The notes: generated from the sequence alone by a model not told the origin. Shown: positions 23,262 through 35,992, counted from the stretch's first letter. The stretch is DNA of 50,629 nucleotides from Coniocarpon cinnabarinum (GCA_051942205.1 JAVECO010000168.1:1-50629), one strand, 5' to 3'. Program-made: numbers and translations.

Positions 23262-24874
23262 TCAAGATGTGTTGGGTTTACCTAGCATTAAGCAACGTTC
23301 CAACTCATCGGTGACTCCGGAATGTTGACTCCCTGAAACGCTGTGTTGGGAAGTTTGGTCTGGATTTATCGTACGCCTGGACGAGGAATGTTCATGAGGC
23401 GACTGTCCATGAGATGACTCTCTTTGGGACGACTCTTCCGGTAACGAATCGGAGTCAAGGTTTGATGCTTCCCTACGTGTTGGTCCAGAAGTGTCGCTGC
23501 TCGAGGTCATAGATCCCACGCTCTCAGATGCTTGCAACCAGGACCTCAGATTGGTTCGCCTGAATGGTCCAGGTCTGCCAGGCCTGCCCCCTACTCGTGG
23601 ATGCAAGAATATGTATGCTAAAGACAGTACTTTGATGACCTTTTCTTCATGGCTGTCGGCGATAACAAGCTTACAACCAGTCCAGTTGGGACGCAGTAGT
23701 GATCCTCCTCCCTGTAGTCGGGCAATCGCCAGCGTTTTTTCCTTATGGAACAGATCAGCGCCGAGTCCTTCGCGAGCCCCAAGAAAGCGTGAAGGGGAGA
23801 CGGCGGCATTGCGTCTTTGGAAACATTTAACCCGTAATTCACTATCCGTACAATGCACCTCGTACAGCATTGGGCTTTGTAATATTACATCCCACTCCGA
23901 AGTGAATGTGAGTACTTGACCAGGCCGCAACGTTGCAGTGTGGGGCCATTCTGGCCAGTGTTCCTCCATTGCAACGTCTAATTGAGGGTCATCTCCGATA
24001 GATCGTAAATGGTCAGTCTCGTGCCGAAAGAAAATATAGTCACACATCACGCTATGGCGACGACTCCTGACAGAATCCTGGTCATCGCGCCAGTGGGACG
24101 AACTCATGTCTTCGCCACGGACATCTGGACTAGCGTTGCGAGATCTCCCGTGGTGACCGTCCATGCCGAGATCGTGAGGCGCCTCGTCTACTGTATCGTA
24201 AAACACAAGAGCGCCCACATAGGATGATTCTCGCCTCGCTCTTTCCGCGAAAATGTGATGAAAGATACCTTCCGACCAACGTAGCTTCAGACATTCGAGG
24301 AACGCAGAGCTAGGGATGGGTCTGAACAGTAATTCAAGTCTGTAAGTCTTTTCGAGGCCAGAGTCGGGAGTGGTCTTGAACGAAAGCGTCTCCGCCGTGG
24401 AGCTTATATCGAATATTGATTCAGGCATGTGAGGCGATCTGAAGATAGGTGACAAGACCGGTGTCAGATATTCCCGAGATCGCGACTAGACCATCTGATG
24501 ATGCCATAGCAGAAATCAGTGACTATCTCGCCACGTGTGGATGGGTCCAAATGCGGAAAGTTTGCGGAAACATCATGTGTATTTTCCTCTTCTAGAAACA
24601 TTTCGATCAGTCATGACGGTTTCAAGAACTGCCCAGCAAGTACTTTCGAGCCTGTGAGCCTCGAACAGGAGAGATGATTGGAGTATGCTATGCTGGTGGG
24701 CATGCTTGCAGAAAATGCTCTGTGGCAAGCATTTACTACTGAAAACTCATCGAAGAGCTCCTCATGACTCGGGTTGTGGAAGACATTGAATGCCCCAAGA
24801 TCTGCGATAGTAGCGTGGGAACTCTTCATGTTACTGCTATATCTCTTGCGCATTGAATGGACTGTGTTCTGCAA
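23262..24874 (-). pseudogene. Hypothetical gene, probably disrupted (397-aa ORF plus upstream in-frame fragments)
   Basis: Long ORF 23262-24455 with a Ser-rich tail. The frame of ORF 24611-24874 continues past its TGA for ~45 codons (LIEMFLEEENTHDV...RDLGNI*) and then needs a frame change to reach the long ORF. No recognised domain. Confidence 0.45.
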
Positions 24875-25343
24875 AATTCAATAAAGTCTACAGGACGAAG
24901 ATTTCATAACCTGGCAGCGCAGGGTCTAGGTTACTTTCTCTAGCACAAATGATCAAGCCAACAACCGACGGAAGAAAATATGTCAGCAAACGGACACCAT
25001 CAATGGCTCACGCCTAGCTTTTACTGTCTTTGCATTCAAAATCAGGTACGATGTTGGCGAAAGTATACGGGGAGTTCCTGATGCCTTGGGTTTAAGGCCA
25101 ACAATTCACTCCGTTGTCATTACCTTCACACTTCAGTTTACATATGTATTCCAACTTGGAAGCTCTCTGGACTGCATGAAGCCTTCATGGTCAGCGGCAA
25201 GAAGGGTGTGACTGTTATTACAATTGGAATTGTGTGCAGATCCTCAAAATTCCGACAAGTTGCCGGAATCCCACATGCACAACCAATGATGTAGCTTCAA
25301 TTCACTCCCTTCCCACCAATCGACGAATCGTACACTGAAAACC

Positions 25344-26045
25344 ATGTCTCTCGTCGACCCACCCTTCGCACGTCCTTCTACCCCAAACGACCCTGAAACC
25401 GTTTTTCCACCCGAGCTCGATCCCCCTCAACCACCTATCGTCACCCACCCGCATGAGCGCTTCCTCATGCCCCCGCTCCCGCGTCTCACGTTCACGACCC
25501 TCCTCTCCTACACCTCCGGCTCCATTCTGGGCCTCGCCCACGGCTTCCGCACATCCGCCCTCCGCTTTCGCGCCGAGAACTCCCATCGCACCCCTTTCAA
25601 TCAACGAGGCTGGTATTTGTACCACCGCGCCAAAAACGCGTATGCATTCCGACACGGTCTGCGTGAAGCGAATCGCATGGGACTGCGAATCGCGCCTTGG
25701 ACTGCACTATTCTTTGGAATTGAAGAGGCCGTGGATCAGGTTAGGATCGGTGATACGGGAGAAGAAGGCAGGAAGGACTTTTTGAGCACGACGATAGCTG
25801 GAGGAGCGGTGGCAGGCGCATTCAGCGCGTGGAGTTCTTTGCCGATGGTTGTAGCGGCGCGAATGGTGAGGATGGGGCTTGGTGTTGGCGTGGGGTTTGG
25901 GTTGGTGCAGGACTATATTTTTTGGGCAAGAGGCCAGAGGGTTGGGTGGATTGGTTTGCTGGGGAGGTTGATGGGAAGGGGCGAGAAAAGTGAGGATGGT
26001 GGTGCAATTGGAAAGGCAAAAGCGGGGGTGCGATCTGCGAAATGA
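25344..26045 (+). CDS. Conserved fungal membrane protein, Tim17/Tim22/Tim23-like
   Basis: Single-exon 233-aa ORF with LRFRAENSHR..GWYLYH and Gly-rich hydrophobic helices (TTIAGGAVAGAFS, GLGVGVGFGLVQD). Confidence 0.8.
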   Translation: MSLVDPPFARPSTPNDPETVFPPELDPPQPPIVTHPHERFLMPPLPRLTFTTLLSYTSGSILGLAHGFRTSALRFRAENSHRTPFNQRGWYLYHRAKNAYAFRHGLREANRMGLRIAPWTALFFGIEEAVDQVRIGDTGEEGRKDFLSTTIAGGAVAGAFSAWSSLPMVVAARMVRMGLGVGVGFGLVQDYIFWARGQRVGWIGLLGRLMGRGEKSEDGGAIGKAKAGVRSAK

Positions 26046-27642
26046 AAATGCAGTGTGCAATCTACGCAGGCGTGGGGCCTATCGCAGAGTGTCGATGAAT
26101 TTTGAAAGACGCGAAAGCTGGCCTGAGAAGAAAATCAAATACTGAACAGCTCTGACACTGCTATGGGGCCAGACTGTACAACAACTTCAACGCTTCTGCA
26201 TACGCCCTCGCTGTAGCTCGTGCTCCGCCGCACACTACCTCGGTCATGTCTCAACGACATATCTTCAGTCACCAGGGAAGCTGGCACGTAGCACGGACCG
26301 CAGCCAGCAGAATCAACACAATCAATCCTGTTGAAGACCCCTAGCCCGAACAACTCCGTTGCAAGAAGTGAACGAGACACCATGAAAACCATAGCGTGAA
26401 TGTGCTCGAACAGCGCAAAGACGGATGAAAGCCCGTGACTGCAAAAGTTCGTCCGCGATGTGAAAAACTCAGTACTACAGTCGTGTCCACCTCAGAAGAT
26501 CTAAAGTTAATGTCTGCAGACTGATCGAACGGTCCAGTAATTGATGTAGTTGAGCAAAATCAGCTCCTAGGCTGTACTTGTGTAACGAGACAGTGGATTG
26601 CCGCGAAATGCCGGCCCATGTTTGCGCAAGCAGCGATGCAGCAGATGAAGTCGCAGGCAAGGACGACAGCGAGAACGAGAGTGGGAGAAGGCATCGTCAA
26701 GGCCTGGGGCAAGAATATCCTAGACCTTGCGCAAGAAGAGACAAAATTCGGTTATAGCTATTATGGTGGTGGCAATGTCATGGTTGGGATGGGACTTTGG
26801 CTGTGTTGTAAGTTGTGGCGTGATTGAGCGAAGAGCCGCAACCATGGCAGCGAAATATCGCTCTTTACGAGCCTCTCTGCCTTGCTCGGCCCAAGCATAG
26901 GAGGGCGCGTGAGATGCGTCCCTAGGAAGGAAGAAATCACACTGGATACATGGATAGCCGGAGCCCCTGACATGGCATATGACAGAAAAGACACGGTGAG
27001 TTTGGAGCAGAACATCATGTAGGATCCGTGATAAAGATCGCGAGCGGTAGAAATCATTCATGAGACTAGTTCGTCAAGTGTCTTTAGAGTATATACGTAT
27101 TCTGACTTACAATCAAAATATCTCTGTACAGCGTGTTGACGTGAAGTTGACACTGATAGACTTCCAGCTGTCGAAGTTCGATAGAGTGAGCAACCTTAGT
27201 GTTGCTCTTGCCGTCTTTCAACTTTATCTTTAATATCATCAGAGTATTTGTCATGCAGCAGATCTTTAGACTCACTGGAAAAAGAAGACTGGATCTCTAT
27301 CATCGCGTGGTGATCGCCTGCCAGATATGAGGCGGCTCGATGATGCGCATGAATTCAATCGACCGTCAAAAGGCATTCGCACATCGGCAGTCTCACCACT
27401 GCATCTCGCCTCAAAATAATGCTCCTCAGGGCCTCCAGCCACAGCGGGATCTTGTATTTGCAGTGATATGATGCGCATGAGACGCCTTCGAGGATGAGCA
27501 CCAGCGCTTTACTTTACTGTCATGAGACATCGGTTGTTCTCACAGAGGCAAAGATTCTCAAGGTCTTGACTGTGAATAGAACGAGTTTGGGGAGGAGAGC
27601 CCACCATTAGAAATCTGTAAATGTAGTCTAGAACTTGGCTTG

Positions 27643-30196
27643 TCAAGCTGCTTCTGGGGCGACTTTCAACCCCTTAGCGCAGCCTGTAACGATCTTGAAA
27701 GTTCTGGACTTCCTTTTCAGGGAGCCGTTTCTGACTTCTGCATCAAAATTGAGCAAGTGCTCTTCCATGAAATGCTCCAGGTTCAAGTGTTTATCAGAAT
27801 GATGGGGACAGGGAGTTTCAGTTACGCCCGAGGGAGGAGTCGAAGCTTTGCGCCGCGCGATGCGTTCATAGATGACCTTGCAAGCTCTTTTAAGCTTGAG
27901 CTTGCTCATGTTAGCGTCCTTGCATGCCTTCCGTAACTCATCCTCAAGCTTCAGCCAACCATTCATGGCAGCCAACGGCGTAAGGCCCACGCTCTCAAAA
28001 AGCGAGACCTCAAATGCTTCGGAGCAGTAAGTCCGTAGTGTTTGAAAGATATCATCGAAGTCTTCAGCTCTGATGCTGCTGGGTCGGCAAAGTGACGTAG
28101 CCACGTCCAAGTCATCAAGAAGACAGTCTGCTGTCGAGAGAGCGCAATAGGGCTCATAGAAGGTGCGGCCCAGCAGGATCCCAGCTTTGATCGTAATTGT
28201 TGCATGTATCCATCCTGGGGGCAGGTATAATGCTTTACTGCTGTCGAGGAGAGTCTATGAAAACGGCTACGTTAGACTGGAGTTCAGCCTGATGCGGACT
28301 GGTCTCTGAGACACCATGCTCGACTTACAGCGTACCCTCCCCTCAGATTTGACCAATCGTACCGGTGAACATCTACAGCTTTGCGGATGCTGCAGAGGCT
28401 CGTCCGATTGTGTTGACTCGGAGGCCATACGAGGAGAAGTTTAGTGCAACGTCCAATGACAACAATAATGCCGCTTGTGCCATGGTCGACGTGTGGGCCT
28501 ACGAATGAGCCCTCAAGCGCTAAATTGCTCTGCATTGGGTGTTTGAAAGATGCAGAGCAGGTCCTCTGTGGTGCCGATTGCGGTACCTCAAATGCCGCGT
28601 TTAAATCAGGATCAGTGATGGTCACATTCAAGAGATGCAAGCGTTTGTTGCCCACCAAGCCTTCCATCTCGCCCATTAAATGGGCTAGAAAGTGCAACGG
28701 ATCGCAAGTTTCTTCAGACTCGTTGACAGCGATCAGCGACGACTTTTGTGCTACTAATGCTTTCAAGACGGCGACACGAATCTTGGTAAAGTCCGGCTGC
28801 TGATGCGCGATCCACACTGAGCTCGGTGGAAGAACTCGAGGTCCTGTGGTGCCACTTTCAACAAGTGAGAACTTTTGAACGTTCAATGCGGCCATGATTG
28901 CCTATTATCTCTCGAAGAGACACGTCACTCAACAAATGATTTTCTGAAGCCGAGTTCAACGAATATACATACCTTGACAGCTGGTGAGTCAAGCTTTCCA
29001 CAAGCTTCGAAACATTTTGTGACGCTCTCCTCTTGACCAGAAGGCTCCACGCCAGTCGCATCAGCGTTATCTTTGTGGAAAATATCTGAAGTTGGTCCTG
29101 GCTCCGCGACAGGAACGTCAGAAGATTGTTGTCGAGGCCGTGTTTTCTCGCCTGTGATTCAACGAAGTATCAGCTGATTTGAAGCTGTCCGCGAAAGATT
29201 GTCAACACTACAGGTAGATGCACATGATGCAGCTGAAGTGATCGCGGCGCCTTGATGATCATGAGTCTTTTAGACTTACGTGAAGAGGCAAGGCGTCGAG
29301 AGAAGTTTATGTAGTTGTTGTTACCTCTCTTCATTCGTCTGATGCGGTCTTGCACAAGTATTGAGATTTGCTCGTCGGATAATCTAGCAAATTGGGTTCT
29401 TGCTCTTGCTGCAAACTCAGTACACCTGAATTGAAATTGCTTGTAATCTTCCGTCGATATACCGCATCTATTGATCATGGTAGCAATTGGTCGCCTCATT
29501 TTGTCTATTGCCGGGTTTGCCAAAATGCTCCGAGACACAACTTTTGAGCGCGCAAATGCTTCTTGCGTTTCCAGGAGGAGTTGAAGCTGCTGAAATGCTG
29601 CCGAATCAGTCCATGGTCCAGTGCAGAAACAAATAGCTCTAGACTGCCAAAGGGACAGAAACGCATAACATAGTGGCTGATGGGGAGTATTTGCTAGGCT
29701 TTGGGAGGCATTCACGCGTGCAGTTCATCTTGCAAAAGTCAATAGTTGGCGCATAGCTTTCAATGTGCAAGCACAATCCGGTCGTCCAACTAACAGCCTG
29801 TCAATCTTGGCACCGAGCCAAGATAAAACAATTGGTTTTGGTACTCCTCGTGTTTTCTACCCTTTCAAGATAACTACGGAGATTGTAAATTATTTCAGCT
29901 TGCTGACCGCAAGTCTTTAAAATCCGTTCATTAATGTCAGATTGAAAGGTCTGGCACAACCGCTCGCGCTTCAGCGAGCCCATCGGAAGCGAATAGTGCA
30001 TCTGTAGGCGAATGCGCCACCCAGCGCCACGCACTTGCACATTGACTTCGGCCTTAGCTGTAGTGGAATTTTTGCAAACAGCGAGAAGCGCCGACGTCTG
30101 TCTATCACCAAATGACGCCCAGTATTGGCCATGTGCCAAAGGGCTGTTGACGCGTGGTGAAAACATAAGATGCACATTGTGTGGCACTTGTCTCAC
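27643..30196 (-). CDS. Divergent JmjC-domain (Fe(II)/2-oxoglutarate oxygenase) protein
   Basis: GSFVGPHVD (HxD) and TKLLLVWPP lie in ORF 28284-28895. An intron 28328-28255 (GTAAGT..CTAAC..TAG, phase 0) joins to TLLDSSKALYLPPGWIHATIT, in frame with ORF 27643-28110. A further open exon ~29151-28973 and a donor at 29279 link to ORF 29170-29715. The 5' end is uncertain. Confidence 0.72.
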
Positions 30197-30327
30197 GCAG
30201 GCTCAAGCGCGAATGTCGGCTTTGCCCTCCGGACAGATCGTAAGGCGGATGACCATGTGTTGCACTTCTGAAGTCTTTCAGACATGATGAGCCAGCGAGG
30301 GTAGCCACGTAGCCTCCAGAGAGCAGA

Positions 30328-30387
30328 CACGTGACATGCAACACGTGACATGTGCGCGGACTGGCCGCCATCGTGAAAGCACGTGAT
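30328..30387. promoter_or_regulatory. Cluster of three RTCACGTG bHLH (Cbf1/SREBP-type) E-boxes
   Basis: CACGTGAC at 30328-30335 and 30342-30349 (inside a duplicated ACACGTGACATG) and CACGTGAT at 30380-30387, between the divergent JmjC-like and prenylcysteine lyase genes. Confidence 0.55.
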
Positions 30388-30674
30388 GTAAGGGCTGCAA
30401 TAAACCACCCTGGCATCAGCTTTGACAGCGCTTGGATGTATCCTCGACCCGGCTCCATGCAACTTGTCAACGCTGATCGCTGTAGTGTGAGTGAGCGTCT
30501 CGACAAAAGACAGAGACTAGGTGTGCTCGGGTTGCCAGCCGTGTCCTGCATGGGTTTTCTTAGGCCTGACATTTCCCGACTCAATCTGACTTTACCGCCG
30601 TAGCAGCTTCTATGGAGTAGTCATACAACATGATTAATTTCATTGAGGAACTTTGACTGCAAAATTGACACAGG

Positions 30675-32394
30675 ATGGCTGCGATCGCAGCCTGGCGAAG
30701 CCTGCTATATGCCAGCTTACTTTTTTGGTTCTCGAGTCTTGCCGTGACCCAGAGGGACCGCAGCCAACAATCACGTTTTCATCAAGATGAGCAGCAACCG
30801 AAGCGAGTCGCAATCATTGGTATGAATCCACTGGTCACCACTGTCTTAGACTGAAATGGCTTACACCCCTCCAGGGGCTGGAGCCGGCGGAACCTCCTGC
30901 GCTTATCATCTTCGTCAATATGCAGATGAAGGTGGCCTGCCGCTTGAACTTAGTATTTACGAGCGCAACTCCTACATCGGTGGCCGTAGCACCACCGTGA
31001 ACGCCTACGAGAACAGCACATACCCAGTGGAGCTTGGCGGCTCTATATTCGTGTCCGTGAATCACATCCTCCAAGACGCTTTGCGTACCTTCAATCTCTC
31101 CACAACAGACGAACTTGATGAAGATGATGAAGATGCGGATAATCTACTAGGAGTATGGGATGGAAGCTCGTTCCTCCTCACGCATCAAACAAACACACCA
31201 TCGAACCCACTTGAAGGCTGGTGGCGTCAACTCCGCATACTTCTCCGATTTGGAATGGCACCTATTCGTGTTCGAAGCCTGGTGAAGAACGTTGTCAACC
31301 GCTTTTTGAAGATGTACGAGTGGCCGTTGTTTCCGTTCTCAAATCTCACAAAAGTCGTTCAGACGATTTCGCTTGATTCCGTCGTATCCAGCACGAGCTG
31401 GGACTACCTCAAGCAGAACAGTCTTGATGGCAATTTTGCCTGGGTGCTTCACCAGGCAGCGACCCGCGTGAACTATGCCTCCGATCTAGATGACATTCAC
31501 GCGGTCGAGGGCATGGTCAGCATGGCTACGTCTGGTGCGGTATCCGTCGCTGGCGGGAACTGGCAGATCTTTGCAGGCATGGCCGAAGCCTCACACGCAT
31601 CACTTTTGCTGGAAAGGCAGGTCGAGCAGGTTGTCGAGGCAGAGGACGGTGGCTACATCATCAAGACGAATAATACACAGACAACGCAATCGGACAAATA
31701 CGACGCTGTAGTTCTGGCCGCTCCATATCACCAGACCAATATCGACTGGTCCGACGCCCACCTCATTCATGCGCCCCAAGATGATCCATATCGCAAGCTC
31801 CACGTCACTCTATTCACTACAGCTCTGCCTCTTTCTCGTGCCTATTTCAACCTAAGCTTACTCGACGCAGTTCCCACCACAGTCCTAACGACTCTTCCCG
31901 CCTGCGCTCAGCCACCTGGAAACCTCTCTTGCACTGACAGATATCCCAGTTTCCAGAGTATCTCCACGCTTCGTTCCACCGTCAATCCTACGACGGGTCG
32001 GCCCGAGCGTCTTTACAAAATCTTCACGCTGGAGGAACCTGTCTCTGACGATTTCCTTGCTGCGCTCTTCGACCTCGAACTATCAACGGATGGTCACGTC
32101 AGTAAGGGAGACATAAGTTGGATCTACAGGAAAACGTGGTTGAGCTACCCCTTAGAGTATCCGCGGGATGAATTCGAGCCGATACGTCTGGATGATGCAA
32201 TAGACGGGGGTGGAGGTTTGTGGTACACTGGAGCCATGGAGGGATTCATCAGCACCATGGAGACGAATGCATTGATGGGAAAGAATGTGGCGCGATTGAT
32301 GGTGGACAAGTGGACAGGAAGTGAAGACCAGCTGCCGGTGAAAGAGCAGGAGAGGGAAATGAAGAGCGCAGAGTCAATGAGCTATGAATTATGA
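30675..32394 (+). CDS. Prenylcysteine oxidase/lyase (FAD-dependent)
   Basis: Exon 1 30675-30819 (signal peptide...RVAIIG), intron 30820-30874, exon 2 completing the Rossmann motif GAGAGG. Motifs IGGRSTT, VELGGSIFV, ATRVNY, GGNWQIF, FISTMETNALMG; C-terminal SYEL. Confidence 0.93.
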
Positions 32395-33026
32395 AAATAG
32401 GGCATATATCATCTAAGATTACGAAGTTCTAGGTGCACGACCTACTAACTATGGTACTACTCAGGATCTTCCTCAAGGCTTTGTGGTCCTAGTGAGGATT
32501 GTTCCTGTTGATAGCTAGCTGGTAGAGCTTTTCCACTTCCTCTGCCAAAGGCATTCATCGTGTGCGACTGCTATGATCCCAGCACCTCTCTCTGGTTGGT
32601 GGTCACGCGGTTTGGTACCCTTTCCCCTCAATGCGCAGCCTAGGTCTCTTAGGCGCCAGGGCCCAAGAATCAGCCATTTGAGTATCTGGTCTCTCCTGAT
32701 CATTATTCATCGCTGCATGGGCTTGCACTGCGCATTATGATTCCATGACTCAGGTTATACATCTCGTAAGATATGTCCAGGTTTTTAGACCGTTTCTTTC
32801 GAGGATCCAACACTCGCTGCTCATACGGTGCTGGCTGACACTACCTGCTAATACGCTGAGATGTACCTATTCTTTTTGATTCCGCATGACGTTTTGGAAT
32901 TTCATCGTGTTATTGGTGCTGTATGGTAATGCCTTTGACACTAAACCCCTTTACTGCGTCCTCTGTACTGTGTCCCTTCTAAGTACAGGTTTTCAAAGAT
33001 TGATTGATGACAGTCATCGCTTGCTG

Positions 33027-33511
33027 CTAGACTCTACTACCGGTCGAGCTTTCCTTTTCACGACGTCCATGTCTCTCCGCATCAAAACTGTCATGGACCT
33101 GAGACTTCGCTTCCACAAAGTGCGAAAGTTCTGTCCATGAGGAGTCCTTGTGAAGCTTGTCCTGCGACAAACCTCTCTGATCATCGTGGCTGGAACCGCG
33201 GCTGCGTAGGCTGCTAAGCGAAACAAATGCTGCGTACACTGCGGAGGATGCGACTAGGTTGAATACCAGCCACCAAGCAGTATATAGATGGCAGATTGAC
33301 ACAAACGAGGCTCAGACCTGCCTCGAGCACAGCGTAGCATTGCATTTGGGTGTTTAGCTCTACAGAATGAATTCGGTGAGCCTTGAACAAGGCTAGTTAG
33401 CCGGAGGTGTGGCCGGACAACTTCCCGTATTCATCTCCATTGTCGATGCTCTGATTGAGATAAAGAGAAATGATGTAGATGATTATAGCAGCGCAATGCG
33501 CGATGAAACTA
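33027..33511 (-). pseudogene. Remnant of a PTH11-like (fungal rhodopsin-domain) membrane receptor: last TM helices and C-terminal tail
   Basis: 33345-33214 reads MQCYAVLEAGLSLVCVNLPSIY...ILRSVRSI. A 1-nt shift near 33225 continues VSLSSLRSRGSS (ORF 33027-33302). The upstream hydrophobic exon SFIAHCAAIIIYII ends in a non-canonical GGAAGT donor. Confidence 0.55.
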
Positions 33512-33892
33512 CTGCAAAGCATCAGCTACAATATGCAAGGCTGCTGATGAGCAAAGTGCAGTAGTTCAGATTCATATGTAGCTTCTCGTCTCCGTCCATT
33601 TCTAGCAGGCTACCACCACCATTGATATTGAACAGTACTCGTGTGATCACCACGCGCAGTAGTGACCGACGACGCGTACAGCTGAAGCTCGGTCAACAGT
33701 TCTGCCGTTCTCAGAACGCCTCACTGATGAAACATCTGCCCCGCTCTTTGATGCCTGATACTCTGTCTATGCATTCGAACTCTTGACGCCACGAGGTTCG
33801 AATAACATTGCGACCTTCGTCGATGACAGACCACACGCGATTTACTGAGCGAACAGCTTCATGAGCGCCAATCAAAACATTTCAGGGATACA

Positions 33893-34748
33893 ATGTCTCG
33901 AGAGTATAGCGTCCTGGTGACAGGCTTTGGAGTATGGCATTACGACGAGAACCCCAACAATATTGCGCACATGCTCACCGCGCCAGGCGAATCTCAATGC
34001 GCCGTACGGCAACAGCAGCTCAAACCCAGCTGGTCTCATAGCGCGCAACTTGCCTGCATCGCTGCCGGCGGGCCACGCCCTAAACAGCGCTGACGCAAAC
34101 ATCAACATCCTCGACGCCGTCGCTGGGGGCTTCGATGCTATCGCAGGTGAAATGGGCGTCATCAGGAAGCGTCTCCAAGAACTACACGTCGAACACGGAG
34201 GCAAAGTGGATCTCTGGGTCCACCTGGGTCGCGGACCATGGGAGTTTGTCACGTGCGAACGACTGGCATTCAGACAGGATTTCAGCTCGTCATGGCTGAA
34301 CGACGAAGCGCAAAAGGCTTACTACCTTGGGCGTGACAATGTGGGCCAGAATGCACACGACCTCGGACCTTGTCCCTGGACAGAGGTACCGATCGGACTG
34401 AATACCGAGATGGACGTGGGAAGCATTGTACCAGACGCTGCCAAACGGTTGAGCGAGTATTGCGAGCTCTCGGGGAGCCTGAAAACGCCACTTGAAGTTC
34501 GCTCGCACCTTGAGGCTGGACCTGGAGGCTGTGGGTTCTGCTTCTATGAGAGTATGGCTAACTGCTTTGCTCTGGGTCGACGGCGCAATGTTCTTTTCGT
34601 GCATATGCCTCGACATACTGATGCAGGCAGTCTGTCACAGGCCAGAGATGCTGTTCTGGCAGTGATCGGTGCTTCGATTGCTACGCTTGTCCGGCGACAG
34701 ACCGCTCCACCTATGGATTACAAGACACATTTTGGCGAGTTCAGATGA
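33893..34748 (+). CDS. Pyroglutamyl-peptidase I-like protein (peptidase C15)
   Basis: Exon 1 33893-33931 (VLVTGFG), intron 33932-33986, exon 2 in frame with NPA, VHLG, catalytic Glu (TCERLA), Cys (GCGFCFYES) and His (LFVHMP). Confidence 0.88.
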
Positions 34749-35992
34749 CCCATCGCGCATGGGCAAGCATGCAGGCACTGCCATGGCACGAGATGTTGGG
34801 TTAACTCCTGCAAGTATCACGGATGACATAGCTCATCAACCTTTGCTAAGTCAAGGATGAGTCGTGTGCAGCTGTGCTGATTCAAAATTGTGATCTGCGT
34901 GGGACGTCACTGCAATTCGTTCAATCCTAGATTCGGCTGCCTTACATACAAAGTCAGCCTTGTACATTTGTCACCTCAATCGGTGTCGGTTGAGAACGAG
35001 AGAAGACCCTGTCACGCGCGTCATGACCCGGTCACGCCGCATTTGATAGCATCTCAGGCAACTTTTGGCTGTAATGTTCTCGCTTTGAAATTGTTGCCTT
35101 AGCGGCGACGCCTTGTTGTGGAGTTCGAAATTTCGCAAAAGGGCTGTGGCGTAAGCAGCAAGACAGCTCGTGGGACTGGTTCCGTCTTTCATTATCAATT
35201 GAAAACTCTCCTCTTTTGTCACTTATCAACGACGAGTCCAGAGTTCAGCAATCCACGGGAAGAAAGAATTCATAGCCATAGTCAACTGGGCCGAAGTTTC
35301 ACTGGCCGCAATTTCATTATAGGGCGTGCTTCCAAATATTTTCAGTGTGAACACTGAGATAGCCCAGTGCTGGCTGTAGCCTTGCGCTTAATATTTTCAG
35401 TCCTCAGGATCCCTCCCTTCTCCTCTTTCCTTCACGAAACGATCGTAGTTGCCTGAAAATCTTTGCACAAGGAGTTCAAGACGCTAGACTGAATGTGCAC
35501 TCTTGCATGACACTCTGCCATTTACAGCGTGTCTCTGAAATCATGCCTAAACGTGCTTACCTTCATCCGTTGGATCAACCGATGCCCTATGGTTGGCAAG
35601 CGACGCTGATACATATCTTCGCCCCGTAAAGTGGTGGTCCTTATCAATTCGAGATTTAAGATGCATCATGCTCTGGGTCCACTCGCACACATTTGCCGAA
35701 ACACGTTTGCTATTATCACTTTGCAGTCTGCGGTCACAAAAAACGGCACGGGAGCATCCAAGTGATCAATTATTCTCTTTCGAAGTTGAAAACAAAGAAT
35801 ATAAGAAAATTATCAAAGTCACGTGCCTTGCTTGTTCAAATTTCCGAACAACGTCGATAGAAGTTCGACTGTCCCACACACACCCCGCCGCCATGCCACA
35901 ACAACTACAAGCAACCCAGGGCCAAAGGCCAAAAGGTCAGCTCAAGGAGTCAACACGGCAGCCAAAGCCTCCTCACCCATCCTTTGCTAAGA

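Noticed and set aside
26100..27600. Several 60-113 aa ORFs
   Set aside because: No motifs and no consistent splice chain.
33790..33810. GGTTCGAAT T-loop-like motif suggesting a tRNA
   Set aside because: No flanking T-stem or cloverleaf.
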